Assembly (NCBI GenBank): GCA_024704765.1
Contig: JAKMXF010000055.1
Location: 653,222 to 717,221 of the forward strand
DNA: 64,000 nt
Source: Oopsacas minuta
Taxonomy: Eukaryota; Animalia; Porifera
Reading direction: 5' to 3'
Under the pieces are notes generated by a model. That model saw only the letters and a program-made list of their open reading frames with translations. It did not search any database and had not been told where the DNA came from. The translations under genes were made by a program, and so were the position numbers. Position 1 is the stretch's first letter; each line of letters starts with the position of its first letter. Below are positions 24,374-36,435 of the stretch, piece by piece.

Positions 24374-27340
24374 CAAGTGGGCTTTTTGCTGGAAATAGCA
24401 TGAAATTTTTACCCCCCCCAGAATTGTATTTCCTTATTATCATTGAATTCACAATCGTTTCAAACCTAGAAATTTGTAATTTCATTCTGATTCAACAAGT
24501 AAATTGGTTGTTATGGTGATGTATATTTGCGGCTTCTTGTAATTGGAATTTCTGTTGTGTGGTATATCAAAATCGATCAAGTTTCATAGTTATATTTTTA
24601 CCACTTGTAACTAAGAAGAAAGAATTCCTTTACAATAATGAAACATTTATAATTCAAGTATCTAATTTAAATCTTGAAATGTCGTTTGGTTTCTAACTTT
24701 CTATTCTGAAACTAGATAAAACGCGATGACTATTTAGGACATTTTTTTTCGGCGTCCACAGGATATTTTATACTGAAACTTGTTGTAGCGTTTCGCTGCG
24801 TGAACTCTCACTGGTCTTAAAATGTAGGTTATAATAATACATTCAAAAAATATAATAGCTTAGACCCGCCGGAGGGCGCCCAAAGTATCAAACATTCATT
24901 TAAATGGGTGTAATTTAATGTAAAATTTCCCTATGAAATATTAGCATTATGACTACCAAGGAAGCTTTTGACTTTCTATCCTCACGTAAATCTGTCAGAG
25001 ATGCAACAATCGTATTCATGGATAGTGAGCAACTTGATGATAAATATTATAGTTGTATCCGATACAAATTCGTTGAGTTGAAGGGTGATAGAGAGATATT
25101 TCGTAAAAGAAACGACCTAAATACATGGAATGATATGATATTCTTTGACAATTCAACATTGGCAGAGAAGAGGCGGTTATCGTCTGAAGGCGATAATTGT
25201 ACTCCTAATCATGTTGATGCAAAGGCTATCAGGAAACCACTCCTAGAATTAACGATTAAAGGACAAAGGGTACGTCTGTAACCTCTTTTAGCCCTGATTA
25301 AAAGCTTAGCAGCTAGTGAGAACGTGGACAGCAAAACGATGGCAGCCATGGCTCTGCAATTTGTCTCATTTTCTTTAGAGATTACTCCATCAGTTCCTTC
25401 CGTCTGGAAATAGTTAGCAAAGGCACATTTCAAGGCAATATAAAGACACACATCTCAATTGCTAAGTCTACGTTGCTCCTAGGGCAATTGGAAATAGGTA
25501 AGCGAAAGTACATTGAATTGAGGAGACTTTGTAAGTCAGACTATGTACTATTCCCTAAGTATGAGCTAATTTCCCAGTATCGAGCAGATATTACTCTGGA
25601 GAAAGAATTCATTTTTATCCGCAATGTGTCTGATGCGCCTATGGAAGCAGGGATATCTTACATCTCTATCATCGAACAGACAATTTCCCGCCTACTCGAA
25701 TTACTTCCCACAGATTCTGAATTTGAAATCCCGTAGAAATTTTCTGCAACAGATGGCTTGGATGGATCTGGATCCCATCAAGTTTATAATCAGATTCAAG
25801 AGTCACCAGATATTGGTTCCAAAAATTTCATTCTCTTTGCTTTCAAACTTCTCGCTATTCACGACAGCGCAAACAAATTTATTTGGGAAAACGAAAGGCC
25901 CAACTCACAATTTCAGATTCGCCCAGTCACTTTACTAGCTGCCAAAGAAAATAGCGAAAATGTACGTCATCTAATGGATACTTATATCAATTCTTACGTA
26001 GTAGACTTGGAAGAAAATGGGATACCACTCTCGCAACGACTTGTGAGGATAAAATTGCTCAGGACCATGTTCGATGGAAAAATGGCAGAAATTCTATCTG
26101 GAGCCGGTGGTGCTCACTGCCAACTCTGTACTGCGACTTTCAAACAACTGCATGATGTCGAACTTATACGAGATGGTTTTCCTATTAATCGTTCAATAAC
26201 ATCGGCTAAAGAACTGTTTCAAAGTGTGAATGAAGTAGAATTTCTATCTCTAAGTTCCAATGACCGTCTTGGATTGACTCACCAACCTATTTCCGACATC
26301 GATGTAATTTGCTCTTCTCCATTACATTCATATTTGTGCATCTTCAGATGGTTTATGACCCTCGTTTATCATCTGCAATCAGGTGAAGGAAGTGATCACC
26401 ATCATCCGTAGGCATAAGAAACTCAATGAAGTTTGTTTCAGGCTTTTTGATGGAAAAGACTGGTATGAAGATTGATCAAACCAGCAGTGATGGTGGCACT
26501 ACATCAACTGGCAATGATGCTCGATATTGTTTCTTGGACAAAAACCAATTTCTTTATTGGGTTTGTTCCTTGATACCAACAGAACACCATGAAAATATAA
26601 AGGTAATCCACACTAACCTTTCAGTATGTTTGCGTATTTACAACAACGACCGAGAGATGAACACTGAAAGACTGGATATTCTTTGCAAGGACACATACGA
26701 ATACATTGTAATCAGGTTCCCTTGGGCAAACATCAGTCCAACCTTGCATAAACTACTAGCCCATTCCTCAGAACTCATTAGAACTTGTAACAATAGCCAT
26801 GGACTTAAAGTCTTCTCTGAAGAAGCAGTTGAAGTTTCAAACAAACTCGTCAGAAGGTATCGCGAACACCTTGCCAGAAAAATGTCGTTGTCTCTGAATA
26901 CTCGAGATATCTTTATACGACTGATGTGCAATAGTGATCCTGTCCTCAATGTGTATAGAAAATTTACAAAAGCAAGCAAGAAAACCCACTCTTCTGAACC
27001 TCCAGACCAAGAAATTCTTTTCTCACAATTAACTTGCTAATAAATAATGATTGAAATAGATGGAAGCACAAGATACTATTAAATTGTGGGTATGTTAAAT
27101 GTGTGCTATGATCCAAAATAAGCTTACTAACGCCTCTAGTAACTGAACTTTAAGCTCAAAAAAAAAATTTATGATAATATGAAGGGTCAATGACGTCATA
27201 ACTTTTTAATAAGATGTCCTAGATTTTTTTATGCAGAAATCGTTTTCTCAGGCTAATTTCCTATTGGCTAATAATGCATTATATCTCTATCTTGCATGGT
27301 TTTCCTATTTCCATCTCACCCCCCAAAAATGCCCACTGTG
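24374..27340 (+). mobile_element. RAG1-like / Transib-superfamily transposon, 2967 bp, with RSS-like asymmetric ends
   Basis: Right end (reverse complement) CACAGTGGGCATTTTTG; left end CA-AGTGGGC-TTTTTG. 5-bp flanks CTGTT (24369-24373) and CTCTT (27341-27345). Encloses the transposase pseudogene. Confidence 0.9.
24949..27040 (+). pseudogene. RAG1-core-like/Transib transposase (~695 codons; 3 stops and 2 frameshifts)
   Basis: GLDGSGSH (D at 25761), TMFDGKM (D at 26073), HCQLC (26118-26129), SPLH, STGNDAR, PTLHKLLAH (H at 26747 and 26762) and SEEAVEVSNKLVRRYREHLARK (E at 26831). These match RAG1 D600/D708/E962, the C727/C730/H937/H942 zinc site and [21 protein letters not shown] as recalled. 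Lesions: TAA 25279, shift ~25380, TAG 25734, shift ~26385, and a nearby TGA. Confidence 0.93.
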
Positions 27341-27469
27341 CTCTTGATGTAGAAGTAAACATATACAGCATATTCATGCTGCTATGCTCAGGAATAAGAG
27401 CAATATTTCAAAATATGGTATCATACGGTAATGTCAAAAGGTCTATCTTCCTTTTCGAAAATCTGTATA

Positions 27470-27717
27470 CACTGCCTGACCAAAAGTATTGGAACACTGT
27501 TTACAACTTGTGCACAAATGGCATTAGAATAGAATATGTTGAAATATTCTATGGATATTGCAGAAGGTCGAACAATAGCTTGTCATCATTCGTTTTACGA
27601 TATATTTATGTTCAACATTTTTTGAAATCATCTTTAGCCTATACAACTATGGTAGCATACCCTTTGTTTCAGGTATTACTTGTGGCAGGGTGTTCTAATA
27701 CTTTTGGCCAGGCAGTG
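27470..27717. mobile_element. Tc1-type MITE, 248 bp
   Basis: 28-bp TIRs CACTGCCTGACCAAAAGTATTGGAACAC / CACTGCCTGGCCAAAAGTATTAGAACAC (26/28). TA flanks at 27468-27469 and 27718-27719. Confidence 0.9.
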
Positions 27718-30700
27718 TATTATTAGTTCTTGTTTATGGCAGACAATAATTTTAGAACTTCACCAATATGACACATGGACGTAAAATCAACGATTTAGGA
27801 TAGATCTCGGGATGTATGGAGAGGAATTTTGTGAAGTCAAACAAATCACGATAATGCCCTGTCACATACTATCTCATCCCTTGGATAAATGATGAAACAC
27901 TAATCAATCCGGGAGATAAATTATTATATAATATTGTATCACTCGGATATATTAAGATATGATAGAATATCCTCCAGGTAAAGTATAATAAGATCGAGTA
28001 TCACCACGGATAAAATATTAGATAATAGAAGAAACAAAGGTAAAATATTTCATAATAGAATGAGTGTGATTTTAGCTGAATATTCGAGCGACAATCCTTC
28101 AACCATCAATTTGACTAACTTACGATGGTAAGAATGTAATGTTTTTGGACTATTCGAAAGAAGAGATACAAACGTTGTGAAAATGAAATTAAATTCTGTA
28201 AACTAATGATTTTTCTAATAGAAATTAACGCATCGAATTAGTAGTAGTTCATACTATAATTTATCACACTAAAATAAATGATTTTTCCTGAACCATGAGC
28301 ATGGACTCCTGCTGTATTGCGTTCCTTTTGAGATATTTAGGATTATCACAATTTAGATTAATAATATGTAAATATCTTGTTGTCTCTATAAATATAAAGT
28401 AAATAAATTACCCAAAACTCTGAGAATAACTCCTCTCACATACATATATTCTAGGTAAAATTATTTATCTTAACTTTCAATGTCATCAAAATATATTTCT
28501 ACCGTTTATCCTTTCCATTGTTCTTTGCTCGTAGGGCGTAACATTATGCTCCCGAGATATGCTGTGTGCAATAGGCATAGACTATGACGAGGCGGCCGGG
28601 GACCGCCCCGTCAGCATTCAGTAAAAGATTCCGGAAATTATATAGGTACAGAGTATGAAATAATGACTATTTCAATCAAGAATAATTATACTTTCCGGAT
28701 ATTTAATCAATAATTTGCTATGAGAGTATACCAACTGTGGAATCCAGCTTTATGATCAGCTCAGAAAACGATCATTCCTATATTGCTATTGCTATTGATA
28801 TTCTCATTCAATTACTTATTTAACATTGGTATTAATCGATTTTCGGAATTATGAAAATCCTGCTAATCAAAGGTTTGACGATTGTTTATGAACGAAACAT
28901 AATTTTGAAACCCAGAATCATTACCAGATTTCTAATAATAATCCATTCTTCTAAGATTCCAAATCTTGATCAATAGAAAACAATGCTACTTTTACAATAA
29001 ATAACAATCTAGATCAAACAGTTTACTTCAGAATTAGTACATGCTAATGGCTATTTGAATGCTTACTACTATGAATATAGAATATTGATACAATCAGAGA
29101 CGTAATATAAAATTTCGAGTGCCCCGTTAGGTTTAGGGAATATAATAAATAACTCTACGCCTATGTATGTTGGAGAGCAATAAAGAAGCGCCCTCGAATT
29201 TTAGCAACGGGACCTGGAGCGCGCGCCATTTATGATTCAGGAGCGGAAGGTGGAGCGGCTCTAATTTTGAAGGAGCCTGCTCCTAGTGAAAATCAAAGGA
29301 TGATTTCAAAAGGCTTAATCTTCAGCAACAGTGTTTTGCATCCCAAAATTAGGAAATTATCTTGTGAATATGTATCTTAATATAAATATTCCATTGTACA
29401 TCTAACCTTGATTAATCATTGAAAGTTAGCATATCCGAGGTGCAAATATACACATCGCCATGAACCCGTTTAGGAATTTCAACTTTTAATCATAAATGGT
29501 GTGTATACTAGAACACATATGGAAAAATATACCAAAAAGCAAACGGTCAAAAAGGAATGAGATCAATACTGCCTTAAACTGAAATAGGAAATTTGACTTC
29601 TTCTATGCAAAACATATCCAACAAACATAAGTGCTAAGCATATGGCAGTTGGGAACGAGAAGCAGGCTATATTATATAACTATCGTTAGACATCACGCAA
29701 GTGAAAGAGATGAAAATATGATTTGAGCGTAAATATCACTACAACTATACTCATGTAAACATTTAATGAAGAAGAAGTTATTACTCGAAATGGTTATATA
29801 ATAAATGATTAATATTGTTTATGCAAGTAATGTGTTCGAATTATTGGCAATGATGCAAAAGACAAGAAGAAATAATAATCAAGGGATAATATTTCCCCTT
29901 TGAAAACTTGGTGAAATATGTATCATGTCGAAATCTCCATAGGGATCCGCGAGAATATTTAAACTAATATGACAAGATTTAGGGCTCATATGAAATTATG
30001 GTGATTAACAGCGAAAAGTCTTACAAATACATCAGCAAATAAACAATATAAAAATTCTACATAAAATTAGATAAAGGTTCGAGTGAATACTTATAGATAC
30101 CTGACCAATCCTTGTTCGATATATTCCAATTGAGAAGTGATCTTCTTAAGGAAGATGCACTTTGGATCAATCAAAGAGTAATTGAGTTGAAAGCACATCA
30201 ATCTAGTAAGCAGAGAAACAATAGTCTTTTGAACACTATTGGCACTGTAGCCAAAAATATTCAATGAGTATGTTATTATCCCTTCGAAATGTTTTATCTG
30301 GTACTTAAATGAAAACTAGAAGGAGGCATTGAATGAATAAATATGTATTAACATTTTTGGAATAATATATCAGTTACTTTATAACTAAGTGCTAATTGGA
30401 CAATTCCTAAATCAAGGTAACTATTATTTGTGAGAGGAAGTATAAGTCTAAATATTGTTAAATACAATCTGGCATAAATTAAAGATTAAAATATTCTTTA
30501 GATTTCGAAGGATAAGGCACAACAGTTTTAATCGATTTTACTAGAAATCAGGACATTAGGGAAGGGGACTCTGTATTGGATAGAAGAATAGATGTATGTG
30601 GAATATTGATCAGAAATCGTAGTAGATTTTTGATGACAATAGCAGAACTTTAATCAAAACGGACATTTCTAGCCAATATTTGTTCCCATAATGATTTTCA

Positions 30701-31769
30701 AACATTTAGTTGAGTTTGATTGGATTTGAATTAGATGTAAACAATCCTCTACTTACTGGTACAGGTTCGAAGTAATTCTTGAGGTTGTTGAGGTTGAATA
30801 TAGAATCCTTTAGATTAGCTGAGATCAAACCACAAAAATTTGACTAGCGTCTGTACATTTAGCCTATTTGTTGAATTTGAATGTTTTTATTTGGATTATT
30901 TTAATACTAGTACCTACTTGTTGATCAGCATCTCTAGGGTCATTTGTTGTTGAGTTTGACTATTCATGAAATAACACAAAAATGACCAATAATACCATAT
31001 CTTCCTTCTCACAAGGGATTTTACATAAAAGTTCATCAAAGTATACAGTCTCTTGACATGTAGGAGCCCATGAGCACTCCATCTTTGTATATAATGATGT
31101 AAAATAAAATGGAAATATTCAGAAAAGAGAAAGACAATATACAACAGAGATAACTTAAATATTGCTCAACTACACTATAGTACATTCTTATTTTGTGTAC
31201 TATACTATAGTACAGTTTTATCAATGAATATTTGAATTGATAAAGATATATAATTACAAGTACAAATAAACTAAACAAATAAACACAAATCTAAATTTAT
31301 ATTGTCATTCCATAGGTAGCAATGCCTGTTACTTTCAAAAACATATTCATGTTGAAATGAACTTGCACGACGATTATCTTGCGTCAATTTATCGGGTGAA
31401 CTATTAAATAAACTCAGAATACTACACAATGCCATTTTCAAATAATGATTTTCATACATACCTATCTGGTGTGAAGTCACTTTTTAGAACACAATTTCGA
31501 TTTCAATCGAATGAAATAGAAGAAACATAACATCTAACAAATTCGGGTGAGTTATTCTCATATTCTAACTACAACTATCCAAACATCGGGATGTCTACTC
31601 ATTCAACAATAACACTAGCTGAACCGTCCACAGAAGAATCGGACACTGCCCTAAACAGCATACAATATAGAATGCTAATAGTATGTAAACGTTTCAACCT
31701 AAGAACACCTTCAGCACTGTTGACGATATTTTAAGAATAAGCAAGATTTGTCTACCAGAGTACAGGCCC

Positions 31770-33260
31770 CATGAACCATGGAAGTCTGCTGACGAAGCAA
31801 AGGTGAACCTTGACACATGGGTCTACAATCTTCACGTCGGAGGAGGCCGTTTTAACTGAATTTGGGGAGGATAGATATACGCTACTAGTAAGAAGGGGTT
31901 TCAAAAGTGTTAGTTTGTCACAGTAGTGGAAAGACTGTGTTAATAGGGAAAAAGAGGAGAAGTTCTACGCTTAAATGTGGTTGTATATTTAGAATTGGAA
32001 CTGAAAGTTGTGTTGAAAGATGAACATTGCTGGTGGCCACTTGGAACGTACAGGTCATGATTTGGTGGTGAATCACGGGGGCCAGTTTGACGCAGGCATC
32101 TCTAAGGGCCATTCCTAAAGAAGTAATAGAACTCGGAGAACAGCTCAAAAATTCGGGGTTTTCTGCATCCAAGATCAACCAAGCTTTAGAAAGTGAAGCT
32201 TACAGACATGCACTACCCGTATCTTGGAAAACAGTGATATTTACAACGAATTTTCGGCTAGTATAGAAGGAAGAATTCTGGATGCAACCAATTTTACAGA
32301 ATTGTACATTCACACCAAACTAAATATCGTTTGTATTATAATTTGTATACAGATTCAGATGGTTCTCAGGGAAAGCATAGAACAATGATCTGGAATTTAG
32401 GGAACAATCCAGTTTTGTATGATAGATCTCATGGGGCGAACAAATATGGACTTAAGTTTGGAGCTTTACAACCATCAATACCTATGGACAAACGATCATT
32501 CTTGCTTGTTGTCTTTCATCAAACGAAACCGAAGAATCTTATAATTGGATTTTTGGCGAATTTGTTGTTGCGTTACACAAACCTCCAAATGTCATATTCA
32601 CAGATGGTGACCTGGGTATGGCAGCTGCAATAAAAGATATTCTAGTTACTACTACACATCTATTGTGTACTTTTCACCTCTCTCTAAATATCTTTACACA
32701 TATTAAACCAATTCTAAGTAAAAGAAACGATCCGAAACAAAATTGGAACAATTTTCCTAAATCCTGGTAGTCGATTTGTAAGAAGCAGGATGCACTTTAA
32801 TGCGCAATTTTGAATTAGAGTGGAATAAATCAATTGACATAATTGATTCTAACAAAGATTCATTGAGTGAAGAAACCTACAAAGACACAAAAAGGTGGCT
32901 CGAAGTTTCATAGGACTGATGTAAACAGTGGGCTGCTAGACGGACTTGGGCTTATTTAACTTTAGGAATACATTCAACCCAGAGAGCAGAAGCAGTTCAC
33001 TCGCTATTAAGCATTTTCTAACCAGACATACACTATTGACTGAACTTGCGAAAAAATGTAGGAGTATCAACAGACTATTTTTGAAAGAGGCGAAGGAAAA
33101 GCAATACGAGCTCTACTTAGAAATGATACTGAAATTCATTCAGATTTCTTATATCAGTATCCCATTGTGGCATATTTAAGAGAATATTTGAGCCCATTTG
33201 CTTATGACTTAACTGTCAGAAGTTGGTCACCTGAGCATATATACATAACTTTATGTAATA
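31770..33260 (+). pseudogene. Mutator/MULE (FAR1-like) transposase relic
   Basis: VLVCHSSGK...STLKCGCIF (FAR1-type finger), LYDRSHGANKYGLKF (D at 32421), INTYGQTIILACCLSSNETEESYNWIF, VIFTDGDLGMAAAI (32597), HLLCTFHL (32663) and LTLGIHSTQRAEAVHS (32974). Several frameshifts; TIRs not located. Confidence 0.85.
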
Positions 33261-34124
33261 TCTAATGAGAAAATTAGCGCCAGTGTCCGCTCTCAACGCC
33301 ACAAGTATTACAATGCTATAAGAAAATATTTGACTGTTTCATAAAATTCATTATTCACTTTCAACATTCACACATTCTTTTTCAAAAATACGTAAAGTCA
33401 ATTGTGAACAAATGAACATTAGAGATTGCAAACAGGAAAATAGAAGAGGGGTAAAAACACATACAATTTAGTGCGATTATTATTGTTGTTTTTGGATGAA
33501 AAAGTGTATCAACCGAATACTGCTCAGAGGACGATGATTTTGTGAGGTCAAAAAGCTGCATAATATCAATTTGGGTGCGGGAAGTGATTAAAAACAAGCG
33601 TAAAATTTTCCAATCTTTCGTCACGAACCTAACACTTCTGCCCTAATGGGTTACAGTAGAGTATTGGGAAAGTTGAATAAGGCCGAATTGTCAAATCCGG
33701 AATGTGGTCGAATAAATTTCAAAAGTGGAATATTGCCGAAATATTATTGTTTGATTTGATGGGATTTTAATGGTTTCTATATATCCACTTTCAATAAATG
33801 AGCTTATTGAGAACCAAAACAATTGATGTCATTTGTTACATGTGGTTGAATACTTTATGGCCCTGTATATGCTACTATACAGTTGTTAGCCAAACCTATT
33901 CAACGATTTTAGAGTTGCAAATATTTTGTTATACTCCCACATGTAATTAAGATATTCTTATACATCGATATCCGTCAAACTACAAAAGGAATCTTGTTCA
34001 CGCTTATTCTCTGCCTTATAACTAATAGTTTTTTTTAATTCACCAGAGTAATGAAATTTTTGTTTGATATACCTAGGATTAATACGATCAGTGGTCGAAT
34101 ACTTTTGTCCTTAAAATGTATATT

Positions 34125-34575
34125 CATACAATTTAAACACAATAAATCTATGTGCATGTATATATATATATATATATATTTATATGCTCAGAATTGATTA
34201 AAGAAACTGGGAGCCACAGGGCTGATTATGGCATCCAGAAATTATGGACCAGGCTCGAACATATTCGAATCTTGGACAAAATTCACACCTATGACGCAAC
34301 TATGACAACATTGTCCCCTTTTAGATTTTCAAAAGTCCCATTATTAACTACTGCAGGGCCAATATACATGATAGAAGTTTGAAATTTGAACCACAGCCAT
34401 TCACAGGTAACTTTCAAGGTGTCAAATGTGCTACCATAATGATTCTGACCAAAGGTTAACTCATCCTATGATAATTGTGTCATCATGACTGTGCTAAAAA
34501 TAAAATTTTCAAATTAGAAATATTTCAAAATTTGTAATACTCTACGCACAAAGTGCCGAGATTACTGAGTCCAAG
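34125..34575 (-). mobile_element. Same microsatellite-containing family as 15739 and 16434, copy 3
   Basis: The reverse complement contains ATCTCGGCACTT, CACAGTCATGATGA and AGCCCTG.GG..CCCAGTTTCTTTAATCAATTCTG followed by (TA)n. Confidence 0.5.
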
Positions 34576-36275
34576 CAATATAGCACTCCAGCGTCCCCAC
34601 AGAAGGCCATTAAACGATATTTGGATAGACCATTGATATTAAAATCTTAAAATTGGAACTATTCTTTGAATCCGAGGTACGTAGTGCTGAGTATAATCTT
34701 TCGCGTTGCCACCAATAACACTCTAAAATTTAGTTATTCAATACTTAAGCTAAGCTCGAGCTTTAAGCTTTCGCGCAGAGATCTAGTACTCGAAGTGCGT
34801 TATTATACAAAATTCCAAATCTTAGGCTATATCAATTCTCCACTCCGCAGATTCCGAATTACGAAATTCTTGAAGGTTGTTACAAAGATTCTCTTGTTTA
34901 TTCAATGTGGGATATATCAATAGGAAGGATAAATACTTGAACGATGTCATATATATCGATGCGCGCAAATTTAGAGATGGATGCCCTGCTAGATTCTAAA
35001 TAGTTTTGGATTATAATATAATTATGAATGAAATTAGACAACATGAATTATCAGAATCACAAATTGGAATTAGAAAGTGTTGTAAAGAGTGTAAAGAAGG
35101 CTGAACATTTCTAAGAATCTCTTTGTGATCTTTTCGATGAAGAGGAAAATGTATCTGATGTAAGTGGACTGATTAGCTTTGTATAAGTAGAGTATACTAT
35201 GTATATGAATAAAGTTAATTAGGTGACAATTTCTTTGAACAAAGAAAATGCCCTTTCTCTAATACAACTTTCCCTGAAGAGTTCAAAACATATCATTCCC
35301 ATTCAATAAAGGGAGCTTTGCAAGGTGAGATGAATATGATAAATATTATTGATTATATTCATCAATTGAATTTGAAGTATATTCAATGAATATAATTCAA
35401 ATTTAATATTATCATTGGCGGTTACTTGCAATAATCACTATTTGTATTTCGAAGGTGTATTATTTGTTTGGGGTCATTTTTTCGCTTTGGCAGTGAAGTC
35501 AAATCTCAAATTCAACCGATTTCCACTATGTATGTATAATCTGGTATTTGTGTGTTGCTTACTTGTGTACTTTTCCCATCATAGAATTATGATATATTAG
35601 AAATTATATAATGAAATGTCATTATCCGAAATGTCAGGACAATTTAGAAGGTGGCCAGTTCACGTTGCGAGAATTGCTCTTGCCAAAACAAAGCAGTTTT
35701 TACGTTAGAATGCTGTCTGTAATAAAGAAGAACGCTGCATAATATTTATGTTGATTCGAGAAAGTACTATTCCAGGATGCATAAATAACAATTATATACT
35801 ATTGGACAAATCCGTAGGTCGAAAATAATTTTCCTTGTTTACACAATGAGTTTGACAGAAAAATCAATAAAGACAAAATAACTAGAGTCAAGAAACAAAA
35901 AGATTATTATTAGAGAATTTCGAATATGCAATTTTTCACAACCTAAGAGAAAATACCAGATCGGACAAAAACGGGTTTTAAAACATTGTAATGTCAACAT
36001 GTAATCATGTTAGGTAATGATCCTTGAATATATACATGCTAATTAGCCACGGAATTATTCAAAATAGAATTTCTAGTTTTGGCCTTAGGGAATCACACTT
36101 TGCAATTTGAGTAAATTTTGTGATAATCACATATATTTTTCACCACATACCGAGGATATGTAATTAAGAGAACTACTCGGGATTCCACAAATAGATTCAT
36201 TTACCGTAAATAACTCGGTAAATTTAGAAATTCCGGCAACCATATATGTGGAGTAAACGCATAAAGATTAATGCA

Positions 36276-36351
36276 TATATGAAAGTTAGATATATTACTT
36301 GACTAATTCCTAAGATATATCATGACCCGCAAGACTTATTCAACGCCCTGA
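36276..36351 (-). mobile_element. Solo 5' end (~76 bp) of the mariner family at 61780-63089
   Basis: AAGTTAGATATATTACTTGACTAATTCCTAAGATA...ATGACCCGCAAGACTTATT(C/G)AACGCCCTGA-TA nearly identical to 63015-63091. Confidence 0.9.
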
Positions 36352-36353
36352 TA

Positions 36354-36435
36354 ATGGATATAGTGATATATGGATATAGTGATAATTTAGACAAAAATTA
36401 TGTGTCCCCACCATTATCACTATATCCATTATGTA
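36354..36435. repeat. Terminal fragment of the pogo family at 36985-38881
   Basis: GGATATAGTGATA repeats, GTGTCCCC and ATTATCACTATATCCATTATGTACTG-TA, matching the 38855-38883 terminus. Confidence 0.7.

Noticed and set aside
26638-26979. Antisense ORF as a RAG2-like gene
   Set aside because: It lies wholly opposite the transposase coding sequence, is only 113 aa and shows no kelch pattern.
27274-27726. 150-aa ORF as a gene
   Set aside because: It runs across the RAG1-like right end and a Tc1 MITE, so it is a chance frame.
28569-29165. Candidate hAT non-autonomous element (AATAGGCATAGACT ... ACTCTACGCCTATG)
   Set aside because: The TIR match is short and imperfect, and there is no 8-bp TSD.
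29900-30700. Coding-looking stretches as host exons
   Set aside because: Short and stop-interrupted, with no recognisable domain or coherent splice pattern.
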